DNA of 64,000 nt from Candidatus Parcubacteria bacterium (GCA_027355945.1 DAIEHA010000005.1:3067-67066), one strand, 5' to 3'; shown: positions 48,184-56,959, counted from the stretch's first letter. The notes: generated from the letters alone by a model not told the origin. A program made the numbers and translations.

Positions 48184-48768
48184 ATGAATCCAAAAGTCTC
48201 TGGCGTCCTCATCTTCGTGATCGTACTCGCGACGTTCATCACGGGCGCGATCGCGTATCCGTACATTGGCAGCCCTGCACCCGTTTTCGGCATACCGATC
48301 GCGCTCCTCATGCTTTGGGGGCTCTGGGCGCTCTTGCCCGCGGTCGATCCGATCGCAAAGGGTTTCCCCGGTTTCCGCTATATCTACGACTTCATCTGGA
48401 TCCTGCTCTCTGCAGTGCTCGCCTACGCCTACGCACTTACGCTCGGCAAATCGCTCGGTGGACAGGTGAACGTGCTTCACGCGGTCATGCCGGCGATCGC
48501 CGCGCTCTTCTTCATTATCGGCATGCTGCTGCCGCGCATCCGGCGCAACTGGTTCTTCGGCATCCGAACTCCTTGGACGCTTTCCTCGGATGAGGATTGG
48601 ATGAAGACGCACAGATTCGGGCGTCCCGTGTTCATGATCGCAGGCGTGCTTATCCTGATCGGAGTGTTCATGCCGCGCGCCTGGAGCAAGGGATTCCTCA
48701 TCGGTCCGATTCTTGCCGGCGCTATCGCGTGCGTCATCTACTCCTATCTCGTCTTTCGCCGCAAATAG
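48184..48768 (+). CDS. SdpI/YhfL family immunity-like membrane protein
   Basis: LPRIRRNWFFGIRTPWTLSSDEDWMKTHRFG signature; ends in IYSY. Confidence 0.9.
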   Translation: MNPKVSGVLIFVIVLATFITGAIAYPYIGSPAPVFGIPIALLMLWGLWALLPAVDPIAKGFPGFRYIYDFIWILLSAVLAYAYALTLGKSLGGQVNVLHAVMPAIAALFFIIGMLLPRIRRNWFFGIRTPWTLSSDEDWMKTHRFGRPVFMIAGVLILIGVFMPRAWSKGFLIGPILAGAIACVIYSYLVFRRK

Positions 48769-48835
48769 ACCGTCAAAGGATGTGCACATGGCCTCGTGAA
48801 AACACGAAGGTCGCCTTTCTTTTTTGCGCATGTCT

Positions 48836-48929
48836 GGGGATCGCCACAGCGGGCGGTCTTTTGACCGTCCGCTGTAGGCTGTAGGCCCTGCGCCCTAGAC
48901 TGTAAGTCCCTAGGACGTAGGTGATCCCC
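48836..48929. ncRNA. Structured three-way-junction element (candidate ncRNA or complex terminator)
   Basis: Closing stem GGGGATCGCC/GGTGATCCCC enclosing a 13-bp hairpin (48846-48875) and a ~12-bp hairpin (48887-48921), then a T-run. Confidence 0.4.
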
Positions 48930-48946
48930 CCATTTTTTTTGTCCCG

Positions 48947-51757
48947 TTACGGAAGCACGGGCATCGGGATGTCGAGCGACGGGCACTGGAGCATATTGAT
49001 CAGGCGCTGCGTCGTTTTATACACGTATCCCGTTGCGGCATTCTCATTCGGGAGGCCATAGGCAACCCATGGCGCAAGGATCTCCGTCGAGTACTTCGTC
49101 TGCAACTGCCTCACGGCCGCCTCGGATCTCGGTCCGTAATATCCGGTGAGAGGGATATTGAGACCCAGCTCCGCATTGAGGAATGCCTGGAGCTTCTTCA
49201 CTTCCGCCGGATCGTTCTGCGCCCCTCTCTGCCACATCGGAGCGATATAGCTCGAAAGATAATAGCCGCAGCTCGTGCTCGCACCAAGGACCTCGCCCTG
49301 CTCCGCAGGAAGCGCCGTCCCCGTTGACGATGGCATTCCCGGGGACACGACTTCTGTCGTTGTCGTGCCAAGCACTATGCCCGCGCCGAACCCGCCTCCG
49401 CCTCCCGCACCACCGGACGAGAATGGATTACCGCCACCGGCAGCAACGCTCACTACGGGGCCCGTGACGCCTCCTCCCGCCGTCCCGGCACTCCGCACTG
49501 CAATGCCTACCGATGCCGCGTTATCGAGTGGCGTGGGATCGATGAAACTGCCGAGCGTACTCGAGACGCTCACGCCGTTCATCAAGGTCCTTCCCTCCTG
49601 CCCGCCCCCAACCGTCATAGCGACGCTCATCGTGGCGGTCGCATGGGGGTCGAGCATCCCGATATCCCATTCGATGCCTCCGTTCACAAGCGATATCGTT
49701 CCTTGGGAGGATGTGGCCGCATTATAGCCGATGCCCTCATCCCAGAAATCTTTCGCGACCACGAAGGTCCCTTGGGCGCTGCCGTTGTTCACGACCTCTA
49801 TCGAATAGGTCACCGTGCCGCCTACGGATGGATCCGCGCGATCGACCATCTTTCTCACTGCGAAGTCCGGTGCGCCCATCGCCCCGCCCGCAACCGTCAC
49901 CGTGGTGCTCGCAACGTCATTCGAGGGATTTGGATCGATGCCCTCGCGCAGGTCCACCGAAGCGCGCACCGTGTTCACGATGGTCGTGGAAGGCTCTGCG
50001 GAAGGATCCACAAGGACCTCCATATCGAGATATGCCGTGGAGCTCGCGAGGAGACCTCCGATCGTCCATATCCCCGTGGAGCTCGCGTACGATCCTGCCG
50101 AGGTCGTCACTCCCACGAGGGAGATCGCGTCCGGCAGCGTATCAGCAGCGATCACTCCGTTCGCCGCATCGGGGCCGAGATTGGCCACTGTGATGCGGTA
50201 ATGGAAGGTCCCGCCCGCCGTGACCGTTGTGGCATCCGCCTCCTTTGCCACAGAAATGTCCGAGGAAGGCGACGGCAGCTGCGCATCGAACGATGCCGTC
50301 ACCGCGGTCGGTGCGGCGATCGCAAAGGAGCACGAGGTCGAGGTGCTCCCGTCGCATACATCACCGCTCCATCCCGTGAATGCGGAGGCATCGCGGGGCG
50401 TTGCCGTGAGCGTCACCATGGATCCCGTCACGAAATTATCCGTACAGGTTCCCGATGTGCATGCATCGATCCCCGGAGGATCGCTCGATACGCTTCCGTT
50501 CCCCGTTCCCGCGATCGTCACGTCGAGCATACTGTCCCCCGGCACGGGCCTCTCATTGAACACCGCGATCACGGTGCTTGCCGTCGTCACGGAATCGATC
50601 ACGAACGCGCACGAGGTCGAGGTCGAGGCCGCACAAGGGCCGGCGCTCCACGCGATGAAACTCGCATCGGCTGCCGGTGACGCCATGAGCGTCTCGATGG
50701 TTCCGATGCGGAACGGATAGGCGCAGGTCGAAGCGCCCGGATCGGCCGAATCACAATGAATGGTCCCCGATGCATCGGAGATCACCCCGTTCCCCGTACC
50801 TCCTGCAGCCGATACCGATAGCGCATACGTCCGTATCCCGAACGCCGCACTCACTTCCGCGTCCTCCGAAAGCACAAGCGTGCATGCCGAAGATGTCCCC
50901 GACGATGCGCACGCGCCTCCCCAGCCCTCGAAGGTCGATGTGGGCGCGTCAGGCGCTGCCGTCAACACCACCGTCGCACCATCCGAGAAATGGGCGTCGC
51001 AAATCGATCCCTCCGATCCGCAGGATATCCCCGGAGGATCGCTCGTGACCACCCCCGTCCCTTCGCCCGTCGTGCTCACCGTGAGCGTGTTCCGGGCGCC
51101 GTGCACGAACCACGCCGTGATCGCATGATCGGCGGTCACGTCATCGAAGGCGTAGGAATCCCCCGCAGGGACCGGGATCCCGTCCACCGTAAGGGCGTTC
51201 AGCACCTCTCCGTTCCCGGGAGTGATCGTGAATGTCTGCGTGCCGTGATATGCCACCGTGGTCGTGCCGAGCGGCAGAATGGCGCCCTCGCCGTTCACCG
51301 ACGCCACGATCCTCGGATCCACCGTCACGCTCGTCGTGGCAGCAGCATATTGAAGATTGTCCGGACTCACCTCGCCGTGATACACGAGTGCGGTAATCTC
51401 ATAGTTTCCCGGAGCGGCGTACGCATGCGACGCCGACCACTCAGCGGAAAATGCCTTGGGAGATGCCGTCGAGGATACGATCGCGAAATCCGCAAGCGGG
51501 ATCGTACTGCTTCCATCCCCCCACCCCGTGACTGCCGCATGCACAGCCCTCAGGGACCCCATATAGGGATTCGCGCCCGCGCTCCCCGTGAGGTCCAGGG
51601 TGCGGGACGATTCGTCGAACGATGCCGTCGTGATGTCTATGGAATAGCTCACGGGCACCCCTCCTTCTTCCGCCAAAACGGAAATAGAAGGCAGGGCGAT
51701 GCTCCCCACGGACATCGTCCCCCATGCCAATAGTTCCAACGTGATATTTTTTTTCAT
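48947..51757 (-). CDS. Large secreted surface protein: PKD-like, InlB B-like repeats, 2x DUF11, C-terminal peptidoglycan-binding-like domain
   Basis: Signal peptide; SHAYAAPG.Y; G.G.V.S.P.GI.C...V.LTA.P...F.GW.G.C repeats; D..V.K...Y.I.V.N.G DUF11; GEVLGAST-C...EVKKLQAFLN...TGYYG. Confidence 0.85.
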   Translation of the reverse strand: MKKNITLELLAWGTMSVGSIALPSISVLAEEGGVPVSYSIDITTASFDESSRTLDLTGSAGANPYMGSLRAVHAAVTGWGDGSSTIPLADFAIVSSTASPKAFSAEWSASHAYAAPGNYEITALVYHGEVSPDNLQYAAATTSVTVDPRIVASVNGEGAILPLGTTTVAYHGTQTFTITPGNGEVLNALTVDGIPVPAGDSYAFDDVTADHAITAWFVHGARNTLTVSTTGEGTGVVTSDPPGISCGSEGSICDAHFSDGATVVLTAAPDAPTSTFEGWGGACASSGTSSACTLVLSEDAEVSAAFGIRTYALSVSAAGGTGNGVISDASGTIHCDSADPGASTCAYPFRIGTIETLMASPAADASFIAWSAGPCAASTSTSCAFVIDSVTTASTVIAVFNERPVPGDSMLDVTIAGTGNGSVSSDPPGIDACTSGTCTDNFVTGSMVTLTATPRDASAFTGWSGDVCDGSTSTSCSFAIAAPTAVTASFDAQLPSPSSDISVAKEADATTVTAGGTFHYRITVANLGPDAANGVIAADTLPDAISLVGVTTSAGSYASSTGIWTIGGLLASSTAYLDMEVLVDPSAEPSTTIVNTVRASVDLREGIDPNPSNDVASTTVTVAGGAMGAPDFAVRKMVDRADPSVGGTVTYSIEVVNNGSAQGTFVVAKDFWDEGIGYNAATSSQGTISLVNGGIEWDIGMLDPHATATMSVAMTVGGGQEGRTLMNGVSVSSTLGSFIDPTPLDNAASVGIAVRSAGTAGGGVTGPVVSVAAGGGNPFSSGGAGGGGGFGAGIVLGTTTTEVVSPGMPSSTGTALPAEQGEVLGASTSCGYYLSSYIAPMWQRGAQNDPAEVKKLQAFLNAELGLNIPLTGYYGPRSEAAVRQLQTKYSTEILAPWVAYGLPNENAATGYVYKTTQRLINMLQCPSLDIPMPVLP

Positions 51758-51933
51758 TGTTGTCTGTTACTTTTTATCCGCGCACACCCGCACGGTTACC
51801 GACCCCATCCATATACCTAATACAATCCATGCCAAGGGGTATTACAGGACGATGCCCTCGGCGGAAGATCGCAAAAAGGCCCTCGTAAGGGCCTTACTTC
51901 CTCCTAATATCCTCGAACGGGTCCTTCCCGAGT

Positions 51934-52218
51934 TCAGCGGAACCCCATAGGAGCGTCCGGCGATGTTGCGGCGGATACTTTGCCGTGCGCATCCTCGTAG
52001 ACCTTCATCTGGGTTTGGAGCGCTTCGATGATCCTCTTCATATGTCCCGGACTCGTCACAAGGCGCGCGATCACCTGTCCCGAAGGAGGATTCATGCTCA
52101 CAAAGAGGAAATCCATCATGAATTCCTCGGAGGTGCTCGCCACCGCCATGAAGTTCGTATACCGTCCCTTCATTACTTCGTCGTCGGCCTTTATCGGCAA
52201 TGTGTTTTTTGTTTCCAT
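51934..52218 (-). CDS. DUF3467 family protein
   Basis: GRYTNFM....EEFMMDF...ARLVTSPGHMKR...YE..HG; TGCTATACT 6 nt upstream. Confidence 0.85.
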   Translation of the reverse strand: METKNTLPIKADDEVMKGRYTNFMAVASTSEEFMMDFLFVSMNPPSGQVIARLVTSPGHMKRIIEALQTQMKVYEDAHGKVSAATSPDAPMGFR

Positions 52219-52291
52219 GTGCTCAGTATAGCAAAACGCGCCGCAGATATGATGCGGACGTATAGGATGCGGATCCGGGTAGTATCGGGGA

Positions 52292-53446
52292 TCAGGCTCC
52301 CGGACGGGCGGCGATCGAATAATGATATGGGAATCCCTTCCCTCCTTTCACCTCCCTTACCTCGAATCCGGCGTCCGTGAGGCGCGCGGCGGCCTCTTTC
52401 GGTGAATACACATGGTCCGCGGGCGGTCCTACGGGACGATCCACCTCGGCGTTCCAGTCGATGAAGAGCGCCTCGCCATTCGCGGAGAGGAGATCCTTCA
52501 GCTCGTGAAGCGCCGCATCGCCGAGCTCATGCAGGACGTTCAACGCAAGGATGCGGTCCGCGGCATTCTTATAATTCCCGATCCCGCCGCCGGATACGAT
52601 CGCGATGTTTCCCAGCATTTTTGATTCCGGTTTTGCCCGCATGCGCTCGAGCATCGCGGACTGCTCGTCGAACGCGACGACCGCCGCATCGGGACGCCGC
52701 TGCGCGATCGCGATCGCATATGTTCCCGTACCTGTCCCGAAATCGATGATCGTCCCTCCGTGCGGAATGTCGAGCGCGGCGATCACGTCGTCCGGAGGCA
52801 CATATGCGAAACGCGAGGCATCGTCGAGGCCGGTCGCATGGGAGGGGTTGAACCGCTCATGCTGCTTCGCCCCATGCCGATCATCCGATAGCATCGCCGC
52901 ATCGTCGGCGTCGCATGCGAGAGGCTGCTCTATCTTCCGCGCGGTGAGCAGGATGCCGAACGCCATGAATCCCACGCCAAGGAACCCGAATTCCTGTCCC
53001 TTGAGGGGAAGGATATCGAGGAAGCCCGCGGTCGCACCCGCGCCAAGGAATGCCGATGCGACCACCGTGCCGCACGATGCGCATCCGACGCCGAGCAGGC
53101 CGAGAATGATGCCTCCGATCCCGATGCCCGCGGAACGCTCGAGCCGGAAGCGCGTCCTCAGATAGAATGCAAGGAATGCGGCATCCACCGCGAACAGTAC
53201 GGCGAGCGTCACCGTGAGTGTGCGCGAGAGCGGGGTGAAATTGGTATCAAGCGCGGAAAGCGACGATGCGAGTATCCCGAACTTCTCGCCGAAGGAGAGA
53301 TATCCGGAGGTGAGGGTGCTCCCGATGAACGAAAGATTGGGAAGCCATATCGCCGCAAGGAGCAGGAGGAGGCCGGCGACCACCCCTATGAGCGGATACC
53401 ATGGCCTGCTCAGAACCTTTTTGGATGCGGATATCAGTTCCTTCAT
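52292..53446 (-). CDS. Fusion: CxxC-bearing membrane domain plus class I SAM methyltransferase
   Basis: TM helices with GVGCASCG and a PLAC end; then IDFGTGTG, VAFDEQ, NVLHEL, IDW....PVGPP. Confidence 0.85.
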   Translation of the reverse strand: MKELISASKKVLSRPWYPLIGVVAGLLLLLAAIWLPNLSFIGSTLTSGYLSFGEKFGILASSLSALDTNFTPLSRTLTVTLAVLFAVDAAFLAFYLRTRFRLERSAGIGIGGIILGLLGVGCASCGTVVASAFLGAGATAGFLDILPLKGQEFGFLGVGFMAFGILLTARKIEQPLACDADDAAMLSDDRHGAKQHERFNPSHATGLDDASRFAYVPPDDVIAALDIPHGGTIIDFGTGTGTYAIAIAQRRPDAAVVAFDEQSAMLERMRAKPESKMLGNIAIVSGGGIGNYKNAADRILALNVLHELGDAALHELKDLLSANGEALFIDWNAEVDRPVGPPADHVYSPKEAAARLTDAGFEVREVKGGKGFPYHYSIAARPGA

Positions 53447-53466
53447 GGGGTCGCGCGGCGATATGG

Positions 53467-54138
53467 TCAGGATCGTGCAAGATCCGCATTTATGATCTGC
53501 TCGAAGAATCCCACGGGCTGCGCCCCTGAGAATGCCTGCCCGTCGAGCCAGAACCCGGGCGTTCCCTGGATGCCGAGGCGCTGTGCATCAAGATAATCGG
53601 CATTTATGTCGGCTTGGTATGAGGAACCGTTCTTGTTTATGAGCGCAACGATATTCGTCGCATCGAGTCCGGGAACCGACTTCGTGATCGCAATGAGGTT
53701 CGCAGGACTCGCCCATCCGGACCCCTCCGCACCCTGCGCGGAAAAGACCGCATGCTGCCATGCATAATAGTTCGACGGCGAAGCCTCCCACACGGCGTGC
53801 GACATGCCCGCGGCCGTCGCAGAATCGGACCCGAGGAACACAAAGTCCTTGAATACGATGCGGAGCTTCCCCGTGTTCACATATTCCGCAACAAGCGAGG
53901 GAAGCGTCTGCGTATCGAATTTGCTGCAGAACGGACACTGGAAATCGCGCCAGTAATAAAGGGTGAGGGGCGCGGAAGGATTCCCGATATAGGGGTCGTG
54001 CTCCGCAGAGGGCGCGGCTACCCCGTTTTCCGCATTCGCGGAACCCCCATGGGAAGCGATCCCTACGTAGACGATCGCTCCCGCGACGATCACCGCGGAT
54101 GCAAGTATTGAAATGGCAAGGCTTCGCTGTTGGTTCAT
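53467..54138 (-). CDS. DsbA/thioredoxin-4 family oxidoreductase
   Basis: TM anchor, IGNPSAP, DFQCPFC, FKDFVFLG.DS, GIQGTPGF, GAQP. Confidence 0.92.
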   Translation of the reverse strand: MNQQRSLAISILASAVIVAGAIVYVGIASHGGSANAENGVAAPSAEHDPYIGNPSAPLTLYYWRDFQCPFCSKFDTQTLPSLVAEYVNTGKLRIVFKDFVFLGSDSATAAGMSHAVWEASPSNYYAWQHAVFSAQGAEGSGWASPANLIAITKSVPGLDATNIVALINKNGSSYQADINADYLDAQRLGIQGTPGFWLDGQAFSGAQPVGFFEQIINADLARS

Positions 54139-54233
54139 ATACGTTCCTTCACCGTTCTTATTTCCATGATCCCCCTTCCTTGAGGGGAGGTTCCCCGCAT
54201 CCGGAGAACCTCCCATGCACCGAACCCGCGCGC

Positions 54234-54419
54234 CTATGACCCCTTCTTCGTCGAGATATTGAGGAGCGAATAGAGCCCGCACCAGCCGATGGCACCCGTC
54301 GCGAGCGGCAAAATGCCGATCAATCCCCACCATGACTGGTAGAGATATCCCACCGCAAGGATGACGATACCGAGGACGATGCGGATCACGCGATCCGCCG
54401 TTCCCATGTTGTGCTTCAT
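54234..54419 (-). CDS. DUF2892 (YgaP-like) small membrane protein
   Basis: NMGTADRVIRIVLG...GWCGLYSLLNIST; 54431 is an alternative start. Confidence 0.9.
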   Translation of the reverse strand: MKHNMGTADRVIRIVLGIVILAVGYLYQSWWGLIGILPLATGAIGWCGLYSLLNISTKKGS

Positions 54420-54420
54420 G

Positions 54421-55044
54421 TTATTTTCCAATGCTCAGCAATTGATTCAAGCGACCTTTATCGAACCCGAGTATCAGGTCGAAATCGCCGCTGTCGTAGA
54501 TCACCTCGGTCTGAGGCACGCCGGTCTGGCCCGACCTGCGGATCATCTCCTCGGCAGCCTTTCGATCGGTGTCCACCATCACGAGATCGAACTTCACGTT
54601 GTTCTTCTCAAGGTATTCCTTCTCCATTTTGCAATAAGGGCAGGTGGCCGTCGAATAAAGCTTGACCTTCTCGATCTTCGGCTCGCCGACGCCGGCCGCC
54701 TCGTTCACGAGACCCTTCAGATCATTTTCCATCTCGGCGATCGTCGCCTCAAGGGCTTCCATCGCCTGCGTCCCCGAGAGAAGCTGGGGGTTCATGATGC
54801 CGACCGATGCCGCACCATCCTTCTCCTCCACCATGACGACCATCGGCACGAGGCCAAGCAGCATGCGATCCTCCTTGAGGATCGTCTCCGTCCTTTTTCC
54901 ATCGAGGAATTGGATGAGTACCCCTCCTCCGGGAAGCTTCGTCTCCCCCGTGACCGCCATGTTCCTTTTCTTGAGCCCCTCCTTCACTGCCGCAACCGCC
55001 TCGTCCGCAGAGCGCTTCGTGTTGCGGAAATATGCGATGTTCAT
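54421..55044 (-). CDS. DUF302-like domain fused to NrdH/YruB-like glutaredoxin
   Basis: N-terminal DUF302-like layout (..LGLVP..V.VEE.DG...V..MNP); C-terminal YSTATCPYC, SGQTGVPQ, GFD. Confidence 0.85.
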   Translation of the reverse strand: MNIAYFRNTKRSADEAVAAVKEGLKKRNMAVTGETKLPGGGVLIQFLDGKRTETILKEDRMLLGLVPMVVMVEEKDGAASVGIMNPQLLSGTQAMEALEATIAEMENDLKGLVNEAAGVGEPKIEKVKLYSTATCPYCKMEKEYLEKNNVKFDLVMVDTDRKAAEEMIRRSGQTGVPQTEVIYDSGDFDLILGFDKGRLNQLLSIGK

Positions 55045-55058
55045 TGTCTTTGTTATTT

Positions 55059-55307
55059 TTATTTGACCACCGAAACGACTTTTTTTACGAATGGGATCTT
55101 CTCTTTCCGTATCCTGTAATATTTATCCCTGCCTTTCTTCGATTCCTCGACGATCCCCTTCTCCCGCAGCACCGAGAGGTGATAGGAAAGAAGCGTCTTC
55201 TTTATCCTTAGATATTCCCGGAGATCGCAGCCCGTCGCCGCATCACAGCCGAGAAGCTCCTGGAGGATCGCGATCCTTTTCTCATTGAACAGCCAGAGGT
55301 TCTTCAT
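55059..55307 (-). CDS. ArsR/SmtB family transcriptional regulator
   Basis: NEKRIAILQEL..C.....CDL, LSYHLSVLREKGIV, KGR..YY. Confidence 0.9.
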   Translation of the reverse strand: MKNLWLFNEKRIAILQELLGCDAATGCDLREYLRIKKTLLSYHLSVLREKGIVEESKKGRDKYYRIRKEKIPFVKKVVSVVK

Positions 55308-55311
55308 CGCG

Positions 55312-55360
55312 TATAGTTTAATATATATTGAACTATATTCCGACGTGAAAGGACTGTCAA
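55312..55360 (-). promoter_or_regulatory. Sigma70 promoter (TTGACA-17-TATAGT) with overlapping 12-2-12 ArsR operator
   Basis: TATAGTTTAATA-TA-TATTGAACTATA (55312-55337, arms match 11/12); -35 at 55355-55360. Confidence 0.8.
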
Positions 55361-55387
55361 GCGCGGGCCCCCGGGACATCACTCAGG

Positions 55388-56476
55388 CTATCCCTTGCGT
55401 CCCTTGAACCGCGCCGCAAGCTCCCGCGCGATGCGCGCGTTCATATTCTTCCCCGCAAGCACGAGATAATTGTAGTCGGATGGATATCCCGCGAGCTCCA
55501 TGAATCCCACCCCTTTGACGCTCCGGCCCTGCACACGACCCGAGATCCTCACCGGACCCTCCCAATAATTGATCGCCCCGAATACCATCTCCCCGTCGTC
55601 CATCATGGCCGATGCATGGAGTTGCGCATCCCATTCGGGAATGCGGATCGTCCATTCGAGGGGATATTCCGCCTTTGTTTCCTTGCTCTTCGAGCGCCTC
55701 TCTCCCGGAAGAAACTCGGCGTGGACGGCGTGCCGCGACGCCCCCCGCGGACCCAGCATGTCCGCAATATGGTCCTTCCCCGTTCCATCATCATATTCCA
55801 CGCACATGATATCGGTCCCTCCCTCGAGCTGCATGGAGAACCACGTCCATCTGTCGTTCGCATACGGCGTATCCGCCCATTGATGGTCCATCCAGGCACG
55901 ACCCTCCACCGGGACCCATGCGCCGTCCCCGTCCTTCACCATGCCGGTCGCTGCGAGGTCTGTAAGCGAGTAATAGAAACTTTCCCTGCCGCGCACGGCG
56001 ATGAACCCTTTCCCTCCCTGCAGCATGGGTTTTTTTCTCGAAATGAGCGTAAGGTCGAGCGTCTCGGTCTTCAGATGGAATGTCCCCGGCACGGTCTCTT
56101 CCATCTCATGGACGACGAAACCTCCCGCGAACGAAAGCGGGTCGATATAGTTCGCATAGAGGCGCGGACGGGAGAATGTATCCCGCGACCCCATGGAGAC
56201 ATTCTGAATGTCCTTGAACGCCTTTTGTGCGCCGATGTCCGCAAGGACCGAATGCGCAAAGAGCGCGTAGGGCCCTCCGCCCGCACCAAAGACGTTCCGC
56301 AGATACGGGATGTTCGCCCGACGAACGTCCGCCCGAAAAAGGCAGTCCATGAAGGAAAACCTCCTTCCCCGGGGGCCCCGCAGATATCCATTGAAATACC
56401 ACCATTCGATGACGGCGTCATGCGGCAGCATATCTTCGGGGAACGTGATGGGGCGCGGCCTCATGGATGTATCCAT
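55388..56476 (-). CDS. AttH/CrtC lipocalin-like domain protein
   Basis: FPED..PH...EWWYFNG, SFYYS, G.AWMDHQW, W.WFS.QL, YP..W, YWEG, G.GFMEL.GY. Confidence 0.85.
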   Translation of the reverse strand: MDTSMRPRPITFPEDMLPHDAVIEWWYFNGYLRGPRGRRFSFMDCLFRADVRRANIPYLRNVFGAGGGPYALFAHSVLADIGAQKAFKDIQNVSMGSRDTFSRPRLYANYIDPLSFAGGFVVHEMEETVPGTFHLKTETLDLTLISRKKPMLQGGKGFIAVRGRESFYYSLTDLAATGMVKDGDGAWVPVEGRAWMDHQWADTPYANDRWTWFSMQLEGGTDIMCVEYDDGTGKDHIADMLGPRGASRHAVHAEFLPGERRSKSKETKAEYPLEWTIRIPEWDAQLHASAMMDDGEMVFGAINYWEGPVRISGRVQGRSVKGVGFMELAGYPSDYNYLVLAGKNMNARIARELAARFKGRKG

Positions 56477-56550
56477 TATATCTCCTCGCGCCCCACGGAG
56501 CCATCGGCCGCCGTTGCGCTCCTGCCGCCATTTGGCCGTATAATGATGCT

Positions 56551-56958
56551 ATGGAACCTCAGTGTAGCGGACCGAAGACAGACGCCATACCGCAGCGGAC
56601 CCTCTATCGCCTGCTCGCCGACGGCGTGGCGGGATTCCATATATTCTGGACGCTTCTCGTTTTCGGGGGTGCGATCGCCATGATCGCCTTCCCCTCCTAC
56701 GCGTTCATGGAGATCCTCATCCTTTCGGTCACCCTCCTTGCCAGTCTTCCTTTGCGCTTCACCTGCCCCGTGACCCTCCTCGAAGGGTTGCTTCGGAAGA
56801 AGATCGATCCTTCCTATGACAACCAGGGATCGTTCATGGTCACCTACATCAATAGGATCACCGGGATGCATATCACCCGCCGCACCATGGACACCGCGAT
56901 CGGCGCCATCTATGTCCTCATCTACGCCTATGGCGTGCTTATGCTGATCTATCGATGA
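56551..56958 (+). CDS. DUF2784 family membrane protein
   Basis: YRLLAD.V..FH, CPVTLLE.LLR, SF...YI; TATAAT 6 nt upstream. Confidence 0.8.
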   Translation: MEPQCSGPKTDAIPQRTLYRLLADGVAGFHIFWTLLVFGGAIAMIAFPSYAFMEILILSVTLLASLPLRFTCPVTLLEGLLRKKIDPSYDNQGSFMVTYINRITGMHITRRTMDTAIGAIYVLIYAYGVLMLIYR

Positions 56959-56959
56959 C

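Noticed and set aside
51820-51836. Sigma54-like TGGCA motif upstream of the large surface protein
   Set aside because: No correctly spaced TTGC -12 element
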